Shown here: piece by piece, positions 28,490 to 39,321 of the stretch
Numbering within the stretch: position 1 is the first letter of the stretch
How the letters are laid out: each line of letters starts with the position of its first letter
Assembly (NCBI GenBank): GCA_947375185.1
Contig: CANCEU010000001.1
Span: forward strand, 22,279 to 86,278
DNA from: Chitinophagaceae bacterium
Lineage (GTDB): Bacteria; Bacteroidota; Bacteroidia; Chitinophagales; Chitinophagaceae
Length of the DNA stretch: 64,000 nucleotides
Direction of reading: 5' to 3'
Program-made: the position numbers and the translations under genes
The notes under the pieces: generated by a model
Databases searched by the model: none
What the model was told of the DNA's origin: nothing
Seen by the model: the letters and a program-made list of their open reading frames with translations, nothing else

Positions 28490-29688
28490 TACCTTCTATC
28501 AGAGCTATTTACAATCAACAATTCAGCGATAAAAAATATCATGATATGTTATCTGATATTGTCCAATTGAATCATGGAGCATTGGACTTTAGACTTGCAG
28601 AAACACCTATTTTCATTGATGTCATTTCAAAAAATAAATTATTAAAAGCGGGAGATGACATTTGTGCTTTTATTACAAGTGCAGATTTTATTTCTAAAAC
28701 AGAAATGTCATTTTCGCAGGTTGCAACACCCCCCAATGAAAACACTTTGCCTTGCTGCATAGTAATGGACTTTGCAATTTGCAAAAATAAAAAAAATGAA
28801 ATTGAACCCAAATTAATCGAACTGCAAGGATTCCCATCCTTATTTGGCTTTGAGGTTTTTCATGATCAAGCATTTCAAAAGCATTTTGAAATGCCAAATG
28901 GATACTCCCCTTACTTAAATGGTTACAATACCGAATCATACTTATCTTATTTGAATCAAATTATTTGTGGTGACCAAAATAAGCATACTGTTCTTTTGGA
29001 ATTGTACCCACATCAACAAAAAACAAAAATTGATTTTTATTGCACTCAACAACTCATCAATATCCCAATAGTTTGTCTTTCAGAAATTTTCACTGAGGGT
29101 TGCGAATTATTCTATACCCGTGAAGGAATTAAAAAAAGAATTGACCGAATATATAATAGGATAGTTTGGGATGAGATTGACAAACAATCCATCGAAATGA
29201 AGGAGCGCGCTCAATTACTTTTGCAAGATTTAAAATTGGAATGGGTAACTCACCCCAATCATTATTATAGAATCAGCAAATACTTAATGCCATTTTTGAA
29301 TTCAGATGCAGTGCCATTAACTCAATTCTTAAATAAAATCAATGAACTACCTAACGATTTAGATAATTACGTGCTAAAACCTTTGTTTTCGTTTGCAGGG
29401 CAAGGTGTAATCATTGATGTTACTCAAAATGATATACTAAACATTAAAGACCCTGAAAATTGGATATTGCAACACAAAGTGGAATACGCTCCCGTTATTG
29501 AAACACCTTCAGGGCCTGCAAAAACTGAAATAAGATTGTTTTATTTTTGGGACAAACAATCAAAAAAATATAAGGCTACCTTAAACCTAGCTAGAATAAG
29601 CAAAGGAAAAATGATTGGTGTTAGCTATAACAATACTGCCACCTGGGTAGGTGGTAGTTTGGCTTATTTTGAAACAGAGTCAACATAA
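28486..29688 (+). CDS. Hypothetical ATP-grasp-like (circularly permuted / glutathione-synthase-like) peptide ligase
   Basis: DFAI...KLIELQGFPS near N-terminus, YVLKPLFSFAGQGV, WILQHKVEY, EIRLF. Confidence 0.62.
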   Translation: MIPSIRAIYNQQFSDKKYHDMLSDIVQLNHGALDFRLAETPIFIDVISKNKLLKAGDDICAFITSADFISKTEMSFSQVATPPNENTLPCCIVMDFAICKNKKNEIEPKLIELQGFPSLFGFEVFHDQAFQKHFEMPNGYSPYLNGYNTESYLSYLNQIICGDQNKHTVLLELYPHQQKTKIDFYCTQQLINIPIVCLSEIFTEGCELFYTREGIKKRIDRIYNRIVWDEIDKQSIEMKERAQLLLQDLKLEWVTHPNHYYRISKYLMPFLNSDAVPLTQFLNKINELPNDLDNYVLKPLFSFAGQGVIIDVTQNDILNIKDPENWILQHKVEYAPVIETPSGPAKTEIRLFYFWDKQSKKYKATLNLARISKGKMIGVSYNNTATWVGGSLAYFETEST

Positions 29689-29718
29689 ATTAAAAGAAAT
29701 AAAAATTCAAACAATAAA

Positions 29719-30519
29719 ATGCAGTTAAACTTAAGAAAAATGAATAATAGATTATTTATAAATAGTAAAGCAATTGGCTTATTGGTTATCACATTGTTTA
29801 TAATGAATGTATCATTTGCTCAAGACGCCAATGAAATACAAGTATATGGCGCTGCTACTACGCCAAAATATACTACAATGATTGAACTTCACAATAATTA
29901 TACAATTACAGGCCCCAAATTAAATCAAGCATATCACCCATTCTTACAAACACTTGAAATAACTACAGGGATAAGTGAAAATTTCGAATTCGGTTTTTAT
30001 ATTTTCACCTATAATAACAATGGAAAAACTCAATATACTGGTACTAATATAAGACCAAGAGTAAAAGCACCTGATGAGTGGAATCTTCCAATTGGCTTGA
30101 GTCTGTCATCTGAAATAGGATGTGCAATTGATCCCGATAATAAAGATAAAGATTGGGGAACAGAAATTAGACCTATAATGGATAAAACCATCGGCGATCA
30201 TTATTTATCCTTTAATCCTAGCCTTGGAATTTCATTTACAAAAGGAACTTATGATTTCGAGCCTAATTTTAAATACGCATATAGTGCATCTAAAAAAGCA
30301 AATATAGGATTTGAATATTATGGCAATACAGGTACCGTATTTAGCCCTATTAAAATGCCCGAACAAACGCATCAATTGTATCTAGTATTAGATTTATTCT
30401 TACACCCTTTGTATGAATTCAATTTTGGTATTGGCAAAGGCTTGACAGATGCCTCCAATGGCACCACAGTAAAATGTTATGTTGGACGAAGAATAAACTG
30501 GAAGCACAATAAAAAATAA
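29719..30519 (+). CDS. Hypothetical secreted protein, probable outer-membrane beta-barrel
   Basis: Signal peptide; alternating hydrophobic strands (FEFGFYIF, NIGFEYYG, FNFGIG); EIQVYG N-terminal motif. Confidence 0.55.
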   Translation: MQLNLRKMNNRLFINSKAIGLLVITLFIMNVSFAQDANEIQVYGAATTPKYTTMIELHNNYTITGPKLNQAYHPFLQTLEITTGISENFEFGFYIFTYNNNGKTQYTGTNIRPRVKAPDEWNLPIGLSLSSEIGCAIDPDNKDKDWGTEIRPIMDKTIGDHYLSFNPSLGISFTKGTYDFEPNFKYAYSASKKANIGFEYYGNTGTVFSPIKMPEQTHQLYLVLDLFLHPLYEFNFGIGKGLTDASNGTTVKCYVGRRINWKHNKK

Positions 30520-30530
30520 GTAATTATAGA

Positions 30531-30866
30531 TTAGTGCTTTTTGGTCTTTCGATCATATTGACAACACTCGTCTAATTTTTTATAAGCCTCTTCACTAGCT
30601 TGCTTATGTTCGGTATCATAACCAGCAGCCGCTATGGAAGTTTCAATTTTTTCATTTGTCGTTTTAGTAGGATCGAATGAAACGATTAATAACTTAGAAA
30701 CCTTATCCCAATTAGCTGTTGTTGCGCCTGCATCTTTTGCTGCTTTTTCGATATGCTTTTTACACATCCCACAATTTCCTGCTACTTTAATGCCACTTGG
30801 ATTTTGAGCTTGGGCAAAAAAACCAATTGCTAATAAAAATAAACTGCTGAGCATTATCTTTTTCAT
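30531..30866 (-). CDS. Exported heavy-metal-associated (HMA) domain protein
   Basis: Signal peptide; VAGNCGMCKKHIE CxxC motif; AAAGYD; C-terminal ECCQY. Confidence 0.85.
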   Translation of the reverse strand: MKKIMLSSLFLLAIGFFAQAQNPSGIKVAGNCGMCKKHIEKAAKDAGATTANWDKVSKLLIVSFDPTKTTNEKIETSIAAAGYDTEHKQASEEAYKKLDECCQYDRKTKKH

Positions 30867-30949
30867 AAAATAGATTTAATTGTAAAATAAGTTGATTTAT
30901 TAAATAAAGTTACAAAAGAACCGGATTAAATTGAATGACTATATGTCAA

Positions 30950-32965
30950 TTAATTGATAAAATTCCACCAAATACCAACCCTAAACCACATACCTAAACT
31001 TGGATAGTTTTGAGCAGTAAAATTATAGGAGGTTCCCATAGCTTTACTTGTAGGCAATAAAGTATTTAAATTTTCAAGTCTAACATAGCCCTTAAATCGC
31101 TTAATCATAAAATTCAAATATGCATTGGCTGTGGGTCTATTTTGTGTTGTAAAACTGTTTTGCAAATAAAACTGCCCTGTGAATGGCATATAAGCATCCG
31201 CTTTATAATTGGTATGATAAATTAATTCCAAGCCAGTTGAAAGATTTAAATTTTTATAAAAATTTCCTTCAAATGCAAGTCTTTGTCTTGTTACTAAAAA
31301 GGGAACATGAATTGGAGCATTAGGATCTACTACTTGCATCGTGACTTGATCATACCAGCTCCAATGACTACTAATGCCAATCTTATGTTCAACTTGACCT
31401 CTTAAATAATTTAAAACACTTCCATAAACTACTGGCTGAAACCCGTTTTCATAATATTGAAAATTTTGAATCAACTGATAGCTCACACTTGCATTCCATC
31501 CTGCTGCTTTATTCCCAATTAAGCCGTCAAACTGAGTAGTATTTTCTTTAGTGATTGATTTGAGCGCATTAATGGGAAATTGTGTTACACCTAATGTATT
31601 TAAGGATGGAGTTCTATTTAAATTTTGAAATGACATTTGTAAAAATGTTCCATTTTTTGACAAAATTCTTGATAATGCAGCCTGGGCACTAAAGTCACCC
31701 GCATGAAATCCATTTAGATATAGTTTACCTGTTGCTAATAAATCCCAAAGCTGATTTCTGGTCTTATTTTTATACGTCCCAATACCGTAAATATCATAAT
31801 TATTCCAAGCTTCTGCTCCATTTAAATTAGCAATCATTTGTGCGTACCCAGCACCAACTTGTAAATATTGATTGCTGTTCAATTTTTCAGGGAAACTCAC
31901 TAAACTAAATTCGTTAGAAAAAACCTTCCAATTATCAACTATTTTGAGCGCAGCAGAGGTATCATAAACAACCCCGAAATATTGCAAATAGTTAGTGGTA
32001 TTTGGATTGGCATCTGCAAAAGAAAATTGACTACTTTGCAATTTAATTTCGTTTTGTAATCGCAATCTTGGATAAAACAAATGTGTAACTATTGTGTCCT
32101 TTACAATAGAATCTTTTTGCCCAAAATCATAAGTTTGTTTCCAATCAAATGTATTTCTGTTATAGGTAGTCCCTGTTGCTATGTTAGTATTAAATGGATT
32201 CCTAAATGATGCCCCACTCACTCCTAATCTTGTGTCTAACTCAAATGGATCATTCAAGGATAAACTATCTAACAAGGCAGCATTTTTTAAACCTCCATTT
32301 TCTGATGAAGCTGTGGTATTAAACAACATGGCAAAATAGGATTCATAGCGTTTTCTTTTGGATTGAAAATGAGCTGTAATGCGCATATTATTCATATTCG
32401 CATTCTGATTTTTCACATTTCCAGGAGCATTGCTAAACCTATATTCAAATGAAAAATTAAGTTGTTGTTGTTTATTCTGTGTATGCTTAACTTCCACCAT
32501 TTGCTCACCCTTGCCTCCTAATAAATATCCGAATTCGGTATAAGGTCGGGTGGTTTGGTAAAAAGGCGTATTCTCTAATGTATAATTATACCCATCATAA
32601 GCATGAAATCCATCGTCCCACCCTATCTGTTTACTTGCGTTGAATAAATAAGATTTACTCGCAGTTCCCAAATTTCCTAAATTATATGATGTATAAGGTA
32701 TCGGGTAGTGTACATAAAAATCATTAATGCTTGAATCTAACTTTTGAATTTCATTGGAGTTGTAGTACTTGAAATAAATTGTAATAGAGTCGGCATTTTT
32801 ATCTCTTCTTTGCAAAGAGTCAATTTTTTTTCCTACTGTTTGTACATTTCTCCCCCCTTGTCCATAATTACTTCCCATCATTTGTGTTGTTTGTTGCGAT
32901 AACGCTACTGTACACAAAAGAAGCATTGAAATAAAAAAAGAAAGATGTTTGTTGAAAAAAAACAT
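30950..32965 (-). CDS. Putative porin (Bacteroidota-specific beta-barrel)
   Basis: Signal peptide, NLGNLGTAS, FYQTTRPYT, terminal RVGIWWNFIN. Confidence 0.72.
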   Translation of the reverse strand: MFFFNKHLSFFISMLLLCTVALSQQTTQMMGSNYGQGGRNVQTVGKKIDSLQRRDKNADSITIYFKYYNSNEIQKLDSSINDFYVHYPIPYTSYNLGNLGTASKSYLFNASKQIGWDDGFHAYDGYNYTLENTPFYQTTRPYTEFGYLLGGKGEQMVEVKHTQNKQQQLNFSFEYRFSNAPGNVKNQNANMNNMRITAHFQSKRKRYESYFAMLFNTTASSENGGLKNAALLDSLSLNDPFELDTRLGVSGASFRNPFNTNIATGTTYNRNTFDWKQTYDFGQKDSIVKDTIVTHLFYPRLRLQNEIKLQSSQFSFADANPNTTNYLQYFGVVYDTSAALKIVDNWKVFSNEFSLVSFPEKLNSNQYLQVGAGYAQMIANLNGAEAWNNYDIYGIGTYKNKTRNQLWDLLATGKLYLNGFHAGDFSAQAALSRILSKNGTFLQMSFQNLNRTPSLNTLGVTQFPINALKSITKENTTQFDGLIGNKAAGWNASVSYQLIQNFQYYENGFQPVVYGSVLNYLRGQVEHKIGISSHWSWYDQVTMQVVDPNAPIHVPFLVTRQRLAFEGNFYKNLNLSTGLELIYHTNYKADAYMPFTGQFYLQNSFTTQNRPTANAYLNFMIKRFKGYVRLENLNTLLPTSKAMGTSYNFTAQNYPSLGMWFRVGIWWNFIN

Positions 32966-32975
32966 GCTAATTGAA

Positions 32976-33800
32976 TTAAGCGATTTCTTTAAGTAATTCG
33001 CTAAAAATTAAAGTCAACTTAGGCTCTGCGGCATTTGCAGCTTCTAATACTTCTTCGTGTGTGATCACATTGTTGTCTTCACGAATTCCTAAATCCGTTA
33101 CCACACTAATTGCAAATACCTTCATCCCACAATGAACTGCAGCAATGTTTTCTTGTACCGTACTCATTCCAACAACATCCCCACCCACTGCTTTAATTAA
33201 TTTATATTCAGCTCTTGTTTCAAAAGTTGGACCTGTCACACCTACATATACACCCTCGTGCAATTCGATTCCATTAGCCGAAGCAATTGCTTTAGCTTTT
33301 TGAATAAAAATTTCAGCATAAGGTTCACTCATGTCTGGAAATCTTGTACCTAATGCCTCTTCATTTTTTCCCAATAAAGGATTAATGGTAAATAAACTAA
33401 TATGGTCTTTTAATATCATCAAATCCCCTACAGCAAAATTGGGGTTCACGCCACCAGCCGCATTTGATAATAATAAATTTTCGACACCTAATAATTTTAA
33501 AACCCTTACAGGATAAACTACTTGTTGTGGGGTATACCCTTCATAAAAATGGAAACGACCTTCCATTACCCAAACCTTTTTTCCATTCAATGTACCCAAA
33601 ATTAAACGGCCTTTATGTCCTTCAACTGTGCTTACAGGAAAATGAGGTATCGCAGCATAAGGAAGTTCAAAATCAACTTCAATCTTGGAGGCTAAATTTC
33701 CCAATCCGCTGCCTAAAATAATTGCAGTAGATGCCGATTCACTCACCTTAGATTTTATAAAATTTGCTGTCTCTTGAAGCTGTATCATTAATTGCGTCAT
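32976..33800 (-). CDS. Purine-nucleoside phosphorylase (trimeric PNP)
   Basis: IILGSGLG, STVEGHKG, GRFHFYEG, GPTFETRAE, VGMSTV; start moved to MTQLM. Confidence 0.93.
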   Translation of the reverse strand: MTQLMIQLQETANFIKSKVSESASTAIILGSGLGNLASKIEVDFELPYAAIPHFPVSTVEGHKGRLILGTLNGKKVWVMEGRFHFYEGYTPQQVVYPVRVLKLLGVENLLLSNAAGGVNPNFAVGDLMILKDHISLFTINPLLGKNEEALGTRFPDMSEPYAEIFIQKAKAIASANGIELHEGVYVGVTGPTFETRAEYKLIKAVGGDVVGMSTVQENIAAVHCGMKVFAISVVTDLGIREDNNVITHEEVLEAANAAEPKLTLIFSELLKEIA

Positions 33801-33855
33801 ATGTACCTTTATTTGATCACAAATATAACACGCAAACTGCATTAATTAGGCAAAA

Positions 33856-35121
33856 CTATGCCTTTGGCTCATGTGCTTTAACAACAGGATCGTCTTTCAA
33901 TACATTATAGGCAACAATTGCACTTAAAAGCATCAAAATTGCCCCCATTAAAAAGGCAGCGCCAGGAAAATAGATAGTATGTTTTGGATTGGTAAAATAA
34001 GAAAACAACCCCGTCATTAACAAAGGTCCAACAATCGAAGTTACACTCATTATACTAGTAAGTGAACCTTGCAGTTCTCCTTGTTCATTTTTTGGCACAT
34101 GTACTGAAATTAGCGACTGCAATGCAGGACCCGAAATTCCGCCTAAACAATATGGAATTAAAAATACGAACATAACCCATCCCGAAGATTTATCTATAAA
34201 CGAGGAGGTTCCAAAGGCAAATAAAAACAATCCAACTGCATATAAAGCGATACCTACATACACACTTTTTTCATTACCTAATTTAGGATTTATAAATCGA
34301 ATTAAAACGCCTTGCACAATACCAACTAATAATCCAACTGCGCCTAATGACATTCCAATCATTCTTGGACTCCATTTAAATTTTTCGATGTTTGCAAAAC
34401 TCCAATTACTTTGAACAGCATGCGCACCAATATAAATGAGCACTAAAGATAAAATCAATCCAGAAACTGCTGGATATTTTTTTAAGTGACTAAGTGCCCC
34501 TAATGGATTTGCCCTTTTGATATCAAATGCTCTTCTGTTCTCAATAGATAAAGATTCTGGCAATACAAAATATCCATATAATGCATTCACTAATGCTAAA
34601 CAAGCAGCTACAATAAATGGAAGTCTAGGACTAATTTCACCTAAAAACCCTCCTAACATAGGTCCAATGATAAAACCAACACCAAATGCAGCACCAATCA
34701 TTCCGAAATTTTGCGCGCGATTACTATCATCGCTAATATCAGCCATGTAAGCTGAAGCAGTTGTGAAACTAGCACCTGTAATCCCAGAAATAGTTCTTCC
34801 TATAAATAAAAACCAAATAGTTGGCGAAAATGCTAGAAACAAATAATCTAAGCCAAAGCCTAAAAGCGAAAATAATAAAACTGGTCGACGACCATATTTG
34901 TCGCTTAAGCTTCCTATTAATGGGGAAAACAGAAACTGCATGGTAGCATACAAAAATGTAAGCCAGCCAGAATAAATGGAAACCGTACTCATATCATCGG
35001 TTCCTATTAAATGCTTTATTAACTGAGGCATTACAGGAATAATAATCCCCAAGCCAATTACATCAATTAATAAGGTTAGGAAAATAAATCCTACCGCAGC
35101 TTTTCTGTTATTTTTTGCCAT
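33856..35121 (-). CDS. TCR/Tet family MFS transporter
   Basis: LIDVIGLGIIIPVMP, GSLSDKYGRRPVLL motif A, GFIIGPMLGG motif C. Confidence 0.9.
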   Translation of the reverse strand: MAKNNRKAAVGFIFLTLLIDVIGLGIIIPVMPQLIKHLIGTDDMSTVSIYSGWLTFLYATMQFLFSPLIGSLSDKYGRRPVLLFSLLGFGLDYLFLAFSPTIWFLFIGRTISGITGASFTTASAYMADISDDSNRAQNFGMIGAAFGVGFIIGPMLGGFLGEISPRLPFIVAACLALVNALYGYFVLPESLSIENRRAFDIKRANPLGALSHLKKYPAVSGLILSLVLIYIGAHAVQSNWSFANIEKFKWSPRMIGMSLGAVGLLVGIVQGVLIRFINPKLGNEKSVYVGIALYAVGLFLFAFGTSSFIDKSSGWVMFVFLIPYCLGGISGPALQSLISVHVPKNEQGELQGSLTSIMSVTSIVGPLLMTGLFSYFTNPKHTIYFPGAAFLMGAILMLLSAIVAYNVLKDDPVVKAHEPKA

Positions 35122-35144
35122 AGTTGGATAAAGATACAAAAAAA

Positions 35145-37748
35145 TTAAGCTTCATTCCTAAAGACAATCAACCCGTCAAAAATGTCAATTAGCACTTTCT
35201 TAGTCTTATCAATTTCTCCACTTAATATTTTCTTGCTCAATTCATTGACAACCATTTTTTGAATCAATCTTTTTAAAGGTCTTGCCCCAAACTGCATATC
35301 AAACCCTTGTTCAGATAAAAACTCAATTAAATAATCACTAAACTCAATTTGCATTCCGTTTTCTGCAACCAATTGCTTTAAATTATTCAATTGAATTTTA
35401 ACAATCGATGCCATTTGTTTTTGTAATAATGGAGAGAACATAATGATTTCATCTACCCTATTTAAAAATTCAGGACGAATAGTTTGCTTTAACAAAGTCA
35501 TTACATCGGTCTTGGATTGCTCCATTTTTGATTCCAGGTTTTTATCTGTAACTCCTTCAAAAGTTTCTTGAATGATATGGCTACCGATATTAGAGGTCAT
35601 GATAATAATAGTGTTTTTGAAATTCACCGTTCTTCCTTTATTGTCCGTTAAGTGACCATCATCTAATACTTGTAATAAAATATTCCAAACATCTGGATGC
35701 GCTTTTTCAATTTCATCCAACAACACTACACTATATGGCTTTCTTCTTACCGCTTCTGTAAGTTGACCACCTTCATCATAACCAACATAGCCCGGAGGCG
35801 CACCCACTAATCTTGATACCGAATGCTTTTCTTGATATTCACTCATGTCAATTCGGGTCATCATGGAGTCATCATCAAATAAGTATTCCGCCAAAGCTTT
35901 GGCTAACTCTGTTTTACCCACGCCTGTGGTACCGAGAAAAATAAAGGACCCAATTGGCTTTTTAGGATCTTGCAAACCTGCCCTACTTCGTCTAATCGCA
36001 TCAGAAACAGCAGTTATCGCTTCCTCTTGACCAATAACACGCTTATGCAACTCTTCCTCCAACTGCAATAATTTGTCTCTTTCAGACTGCATCATTTTAC
36101 TCACCGGAATTCCTGTTGCTTTTGCTACATTTTCAGCAATATCTTCGGCATCCACTTCCTCTTTCATTAAGCGTTTTTCATTAGCCCCTAATTCATTTAG
36201 CTCCTTTGTCCAATTTTCTAAATTTGCCTCTTGCTCTTTAACTTTTCCGTATCTGATTTCAGCTACTTTACCATAGTCACCATTACGCTCAGCAACTTCA
36301 GCTTCTTGTTTTAATTTTTCAATATCGGATTTTGCTTTTTGCACTTTATCAACAATATCTTTTTCGGCAGACCATTTAGCTTTCAATGTATCTTGCTGCA
36401 CCGTAAGGTTGCTTATATCAATGTTCAATGCTTTTAATTGCTCCGGATTGTTTTCCCTTTTTATGGCCTCTCTTTCAATTTCTAATTGACGAATTTGACG
36501 CATTAATGTATCTAACTCCTCTGGCATGGAATTCATTTCTAAGCGTAATTTTGCAGCGCTCTCATCAATTAAATCAATGGCCTTATCTGGCAAAAAACGA
36601 TCGGTAATATAACGGCTCGATAGCTCGACAGCAGCAATAATTGCTTCATCCTTAATACGCACATGGTGATGTGTTTCATAGCGCTCTTTCAATCCCCTTA
36701 AAATAGAAATGGCATCCTCCTTGCTTGGCTCATCAATCATTACTTTTTGAAAACGACGCTCTAAAGCTTTGTCTTTTTCAAAAAACTTTTGATATTCCGC
36801 TAATGTAGTTGCACCAATGGCCCTCAATTCCCCTCTTGCCAATGCTGGCTTTAAAATATTGGCTGCATCCATAGCGCCTTCTCCGCCACCGGCACCAACA
36901 AGGGTATGAATTTCGTCAATAAACAAAATCACTTCGCCATCACTGTCCGCTACTTCCTTCACCACTCCTTTTAAACGTTCTTCAAACTCCCCTTTATATT
37001 TTGCGCCAGCAATTAATTGCCCCATATCCAAAGCGTAAATAATTTTACTCTTTAAATTATCAGGTACATCCCCATTTACAATACGCATTGCCAATCCTTC
37101 TGCAATGGCTGTTTTACCAACGCCTGGCTCTCCCACTAAAATTGGATTATTTTTGCTTCGGCGTGAAAGGATATGTAAGGTTCTTCTTATTTCTTCATCA
37201 CGACCAATTACCGGATCCAACTTACCTTTATTCGCTAAATCATTTAAATTTTTCGCATACTTTGACAAAGACTGAAACTGTGTTTCCTGTGTTGCAGAAT
37301 TTACTGTTGCTCCCTTACGCAATTCTTTAATGGCAGTAACCAACCCTTTTTCTGTAAGCCCTGCATCTTTTAATATTTTACCTGTTGCATCATTCACTTG
37401 CAATATGGCAATTAAAATATGTTCAACAGTCACAAATTCATCCCCAAATGTTTTTAACGCTGCATTTGATTTTAACAACACTGCATTCATGTCTCTACTC
37501 ACATTTGTGGCAGGCTCACCAGTTTGTTGTTTCGCTAATATATTAATTAACTCATCCGTTTTTTGAAGTACTAAAACAGGATTCACATTGTTCTTTTTTA
37601 ACAAGAACTCGGTAGAACTATCTTTGTCTAGTAAAATGGCTTTTAATAGATGCGCCGTTTCAATGGATGCATTGCTATTATTATAGGCCAATTGCTGCGC
37701 AGCTTGAATTGCTTCCTGCGCCTTAATTGTATATTGATTTAAATTCAT
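35145..37748 (-). CDS. clpB: ATP-dependent chaperone ClpB
   Basis: [21 protein letters not shown], coiled-coil middle domain, [15 protein letters not shown]. Confidence 0.97.
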   Translation of the reverse strand: MNLNQYTIKAQEAIQAAQQLAYNNSNASIETAHLLKAILLDKDSSTEFLLKKNNVNPVLVLQKTDELINILAKQQTGEPATNVSRDMNAVLLKSNAALKTFGDEFVTVEHILIAILQVNDATGKILKDAGLTEKGLVTAIKELRKGATVNSATQETQFQSLSKYAKNLNDLANKGKLDPVIGRDEEIRRTLHILSRRSKNNPILVGEPGVGKTAIAEGLAMRIVNGDVPDNLKSKIIYALDMGQLIAGAKYKGEFEERLKGVVKEVADSDGEVILFIDEIHTLVGAGGGEGAMDAANILKPALARGELRAIGATTLAEYQKFFEKDKALERRFQKVMIDEPSKEDAISILRGLKERYETHHHVRIKDEAIIAAVELSSRYITDRFLPDKAIDLIDESAAKLRLEMNSMPEELDTLMRQIRQLEIEREAIKRENNPEQLKALNIDISNLTVQQDTLKAKWSAEKDIVDKVQKAKSDIEKLKQEAEVAERNGDYGKVAEIRYGKVKEQEANLENWTKELNELGANEKRLMKEEVDAEDIAENVAKATGIPVSKMMQSERDKLLQLEEELHKRVIGQEEAITAVSDAIRRSRAGLQDPKKPIGSFIFLGTTGVGKTELAKALAEYLFDDDSMMTRIDMSEYQEKHSVSRLVGAPPGYVGYDEGGQLTEAVRRKPYSVVLLDEIEKAHPDVWNILLQVLDDGHLTDNKGRTVNFKNTIIIMTSNIGSHIIQETFEGVTDKNLESKMEQSKTDVMTLLKQTIRPEFLNRVDEIIMFSPLLQKQMASIVKIQLNNLKQLVAENGMQIEFSDYLIEFLSEQGFDMQFGARPLKRLIQKMVVNELSKKILSGEIDKTKKVLIDIFDGLIVFRNEA

Positions 37749-37776
37749 GGTATTGTTTATTTATAGTAAGGTATGC

Positions 37777-37792
37777 TCAAAACAAGCGCCAA
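37777..37792 (-). promoter_or_regulatory. Sigma54-like -24/-12 promoter upstream of clpB
   Basis: TTGGCGC-TTGTT-TTGA versus consensus TGGCAC-N5-TTGC, correct spacing, about 30 nt upstream of the ATG. Confidence 0.5.
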
Positions 37793-37880
37793 TCTATGAT
37801 ATAAGTTATAATGTCACAGAATATCAACCAAATCGGAATTAAAGTCAGTTGCATCAAGGTTTTTCTGCTATTTTTACAGC

Positions 37881-38825
37881 GTGAACGAATTTTCAAACAC
37901 TACATTTATAAAGGAGTTAGCCCAACAAATGGGATTTGACTATTGTGGTATTGCCAAAGCAAAGGAACTTACCCAAGATGCAAGAAGACTAGAGCAGTGG
38001 TTAGCCAAAGGTTACCATGGAGAAATGGCCTATATGGAAAATAATTTTGACTTAAGAACTGATCCGACAAAATTGGTTCCAGGCGCAAAGTCAGTGATTA
38101 CTTTTTTAAAAAACTACTACCCAGATAGCGAATCTATTGCTTTGGGAAATTTACAGAATGCTAAAATTGCAAAGTATGCATATGGCGCCGACTACCACGA
38201 AGTAATAAGACAACAACTATTTGAATTTTTAGATACGATGCGCGCGATGATTGGCCCTATTGAAGGCCGAGGATTCGTTGACTCCGCTCCTGTATTGGAA
38301 AGATCATGGGCACAATTATCAGGTGCTGGATGGATAGGTAAAAATGGAAATTTAATTCGACATAAAGCAGGTTCTTTCTTTTTTATCGCAACCCTTATTA
38401 TTGATTTGGAATTAATCTATGACGATCCTTTGCCTAAAGATTATTGTGGAGGTTGTACTAAATGCATTGATGCATGTCCAACACAAGCCATTTTACCCGA
38501 CAGAACCATTGAAGCCAATCACTGTATTAGTTACTTCACTATTGAATTAAAGAAAGAAACAATTGAGACGGATAGACCATTTAAAGAATGGGCATTTGGA
38601 TGTGATGTGTGTCAGGATGTTTGTCCTTGGAATAGTTTTAGCCAGGCGAATCATGAAAAACAATTTAAACCACTCAATGGATTATTACAAATGCAAAGTG
38701 AAGATTGGCTAGCTATTGAAGAAACAACCTTTAAGGCGAGGTTTAAAAAATCACCCTTGCTTAGATCAAAACTAAAAGGCATACAAAGAAATATTGAATT
38801 CTTAAACCAGCAAAAAAACAAATAA
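37881..38825 (+). CDS. queG: tRNA epoxyqueuosine reductase
   Basis: YAYGADYHEV, FVDSAPVLER, GWIGKNGNL, CGGCTKCIDACPT, FGCDVCQDVCPWN. Confidence 0.95.
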   Translation: MNEFSNTTFIKELAQQMGFDYCGIAKAKELTQDARRLEQWLAKGYHGEMAYMENNFDLRTDPTKLVPGAKSVITFLKNYYPDSESIALGNLQNAKIAKYAYGADYHEVIRQQLFEFLDTMRAMIGPIEGRGFVDSAPVLERSWAQLSGAGWIGKNGNLIRHKAGSFFFIATLIIDLELIYDDPLPKDYCGGCTKCIDACPTQAILPDRTIEANHCISYFTIELKKETIETDRPFKEWAFGCDVCQDVCPWNSFSQANHEKQFKPLNGLLQMQSEDWLAIEETTFKARFKKSPLLRSKLKGIQRNIEFLNQQKNK

Positions 38826-38826
38826 T

Positions 38827-39321
38827 TTATTTATTGATATCCTGCAATAATAAATCGCGAAGGTTAGCTAATTCTAATTCCATTTTATAACCCAATACTT
38901 TTTCATTTAGCAAGGTTTGGAATTTTTCCCAAGGATACCATTTAACGTGTTGCTCAAATGACCAGTGTATAACATAAATGCCATTTTGAGTTGGGAACCA
39001 TTCAAATTTAACAATGTAAGGACGTTGACCGGTAGCAACCCAATCGAAAGTAACCGAACTATCACTTTTACTAACTAATTTTATGGTCTGTGTCCCTATA
39101 TACAAGGTGCTATCTTTCCATATTGCTTTATTTTCTTTCCAATCACTCATCCATTTATTCCACTCATTTAAATCGGAAGTGTAATGTGCAATTTGCTGTG
39201 AAGTAGCCCCAACTTCCATTGCTCTAGACACCATTACAGTACTTGGAAATAATGCTGAAATAGATGTCACAATAGCACCTAATACAAACAAGCTTATAAT
39301 TATCAATTTAAGTAACCGCAT
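38827..39321 (-). CDS. Hypothetical protein, SRPBCC/START-like fold with N-terminal anchor
   Basis: N-terminal TM, VSRAMEV, DLNEWNKW, WYPWEKF. Confidence 0.55.
   Translation of the reverse strand: MRLLKLIIISLFVLGAIVTSISALFPSTVMVSRAMEVGATSQQIAHYTSDLNEWNKWMSDWKENKAIWKDSTLYIGTQTIKLVSKSDSSVTFDWVATGQRPYIVKFEWFPTQNGIYVIHWSFEQHVKWYPWEKFQTLLNEKVLGYKMELELANLRDLLLQDINK

Noticed and set aside
33856-35121. Acquired tetracycline resistance gene
   Set aside because: Generic TCR/Tet-family MFS with host-like composition, no tetR or mobile context; specificity cannot be inferred
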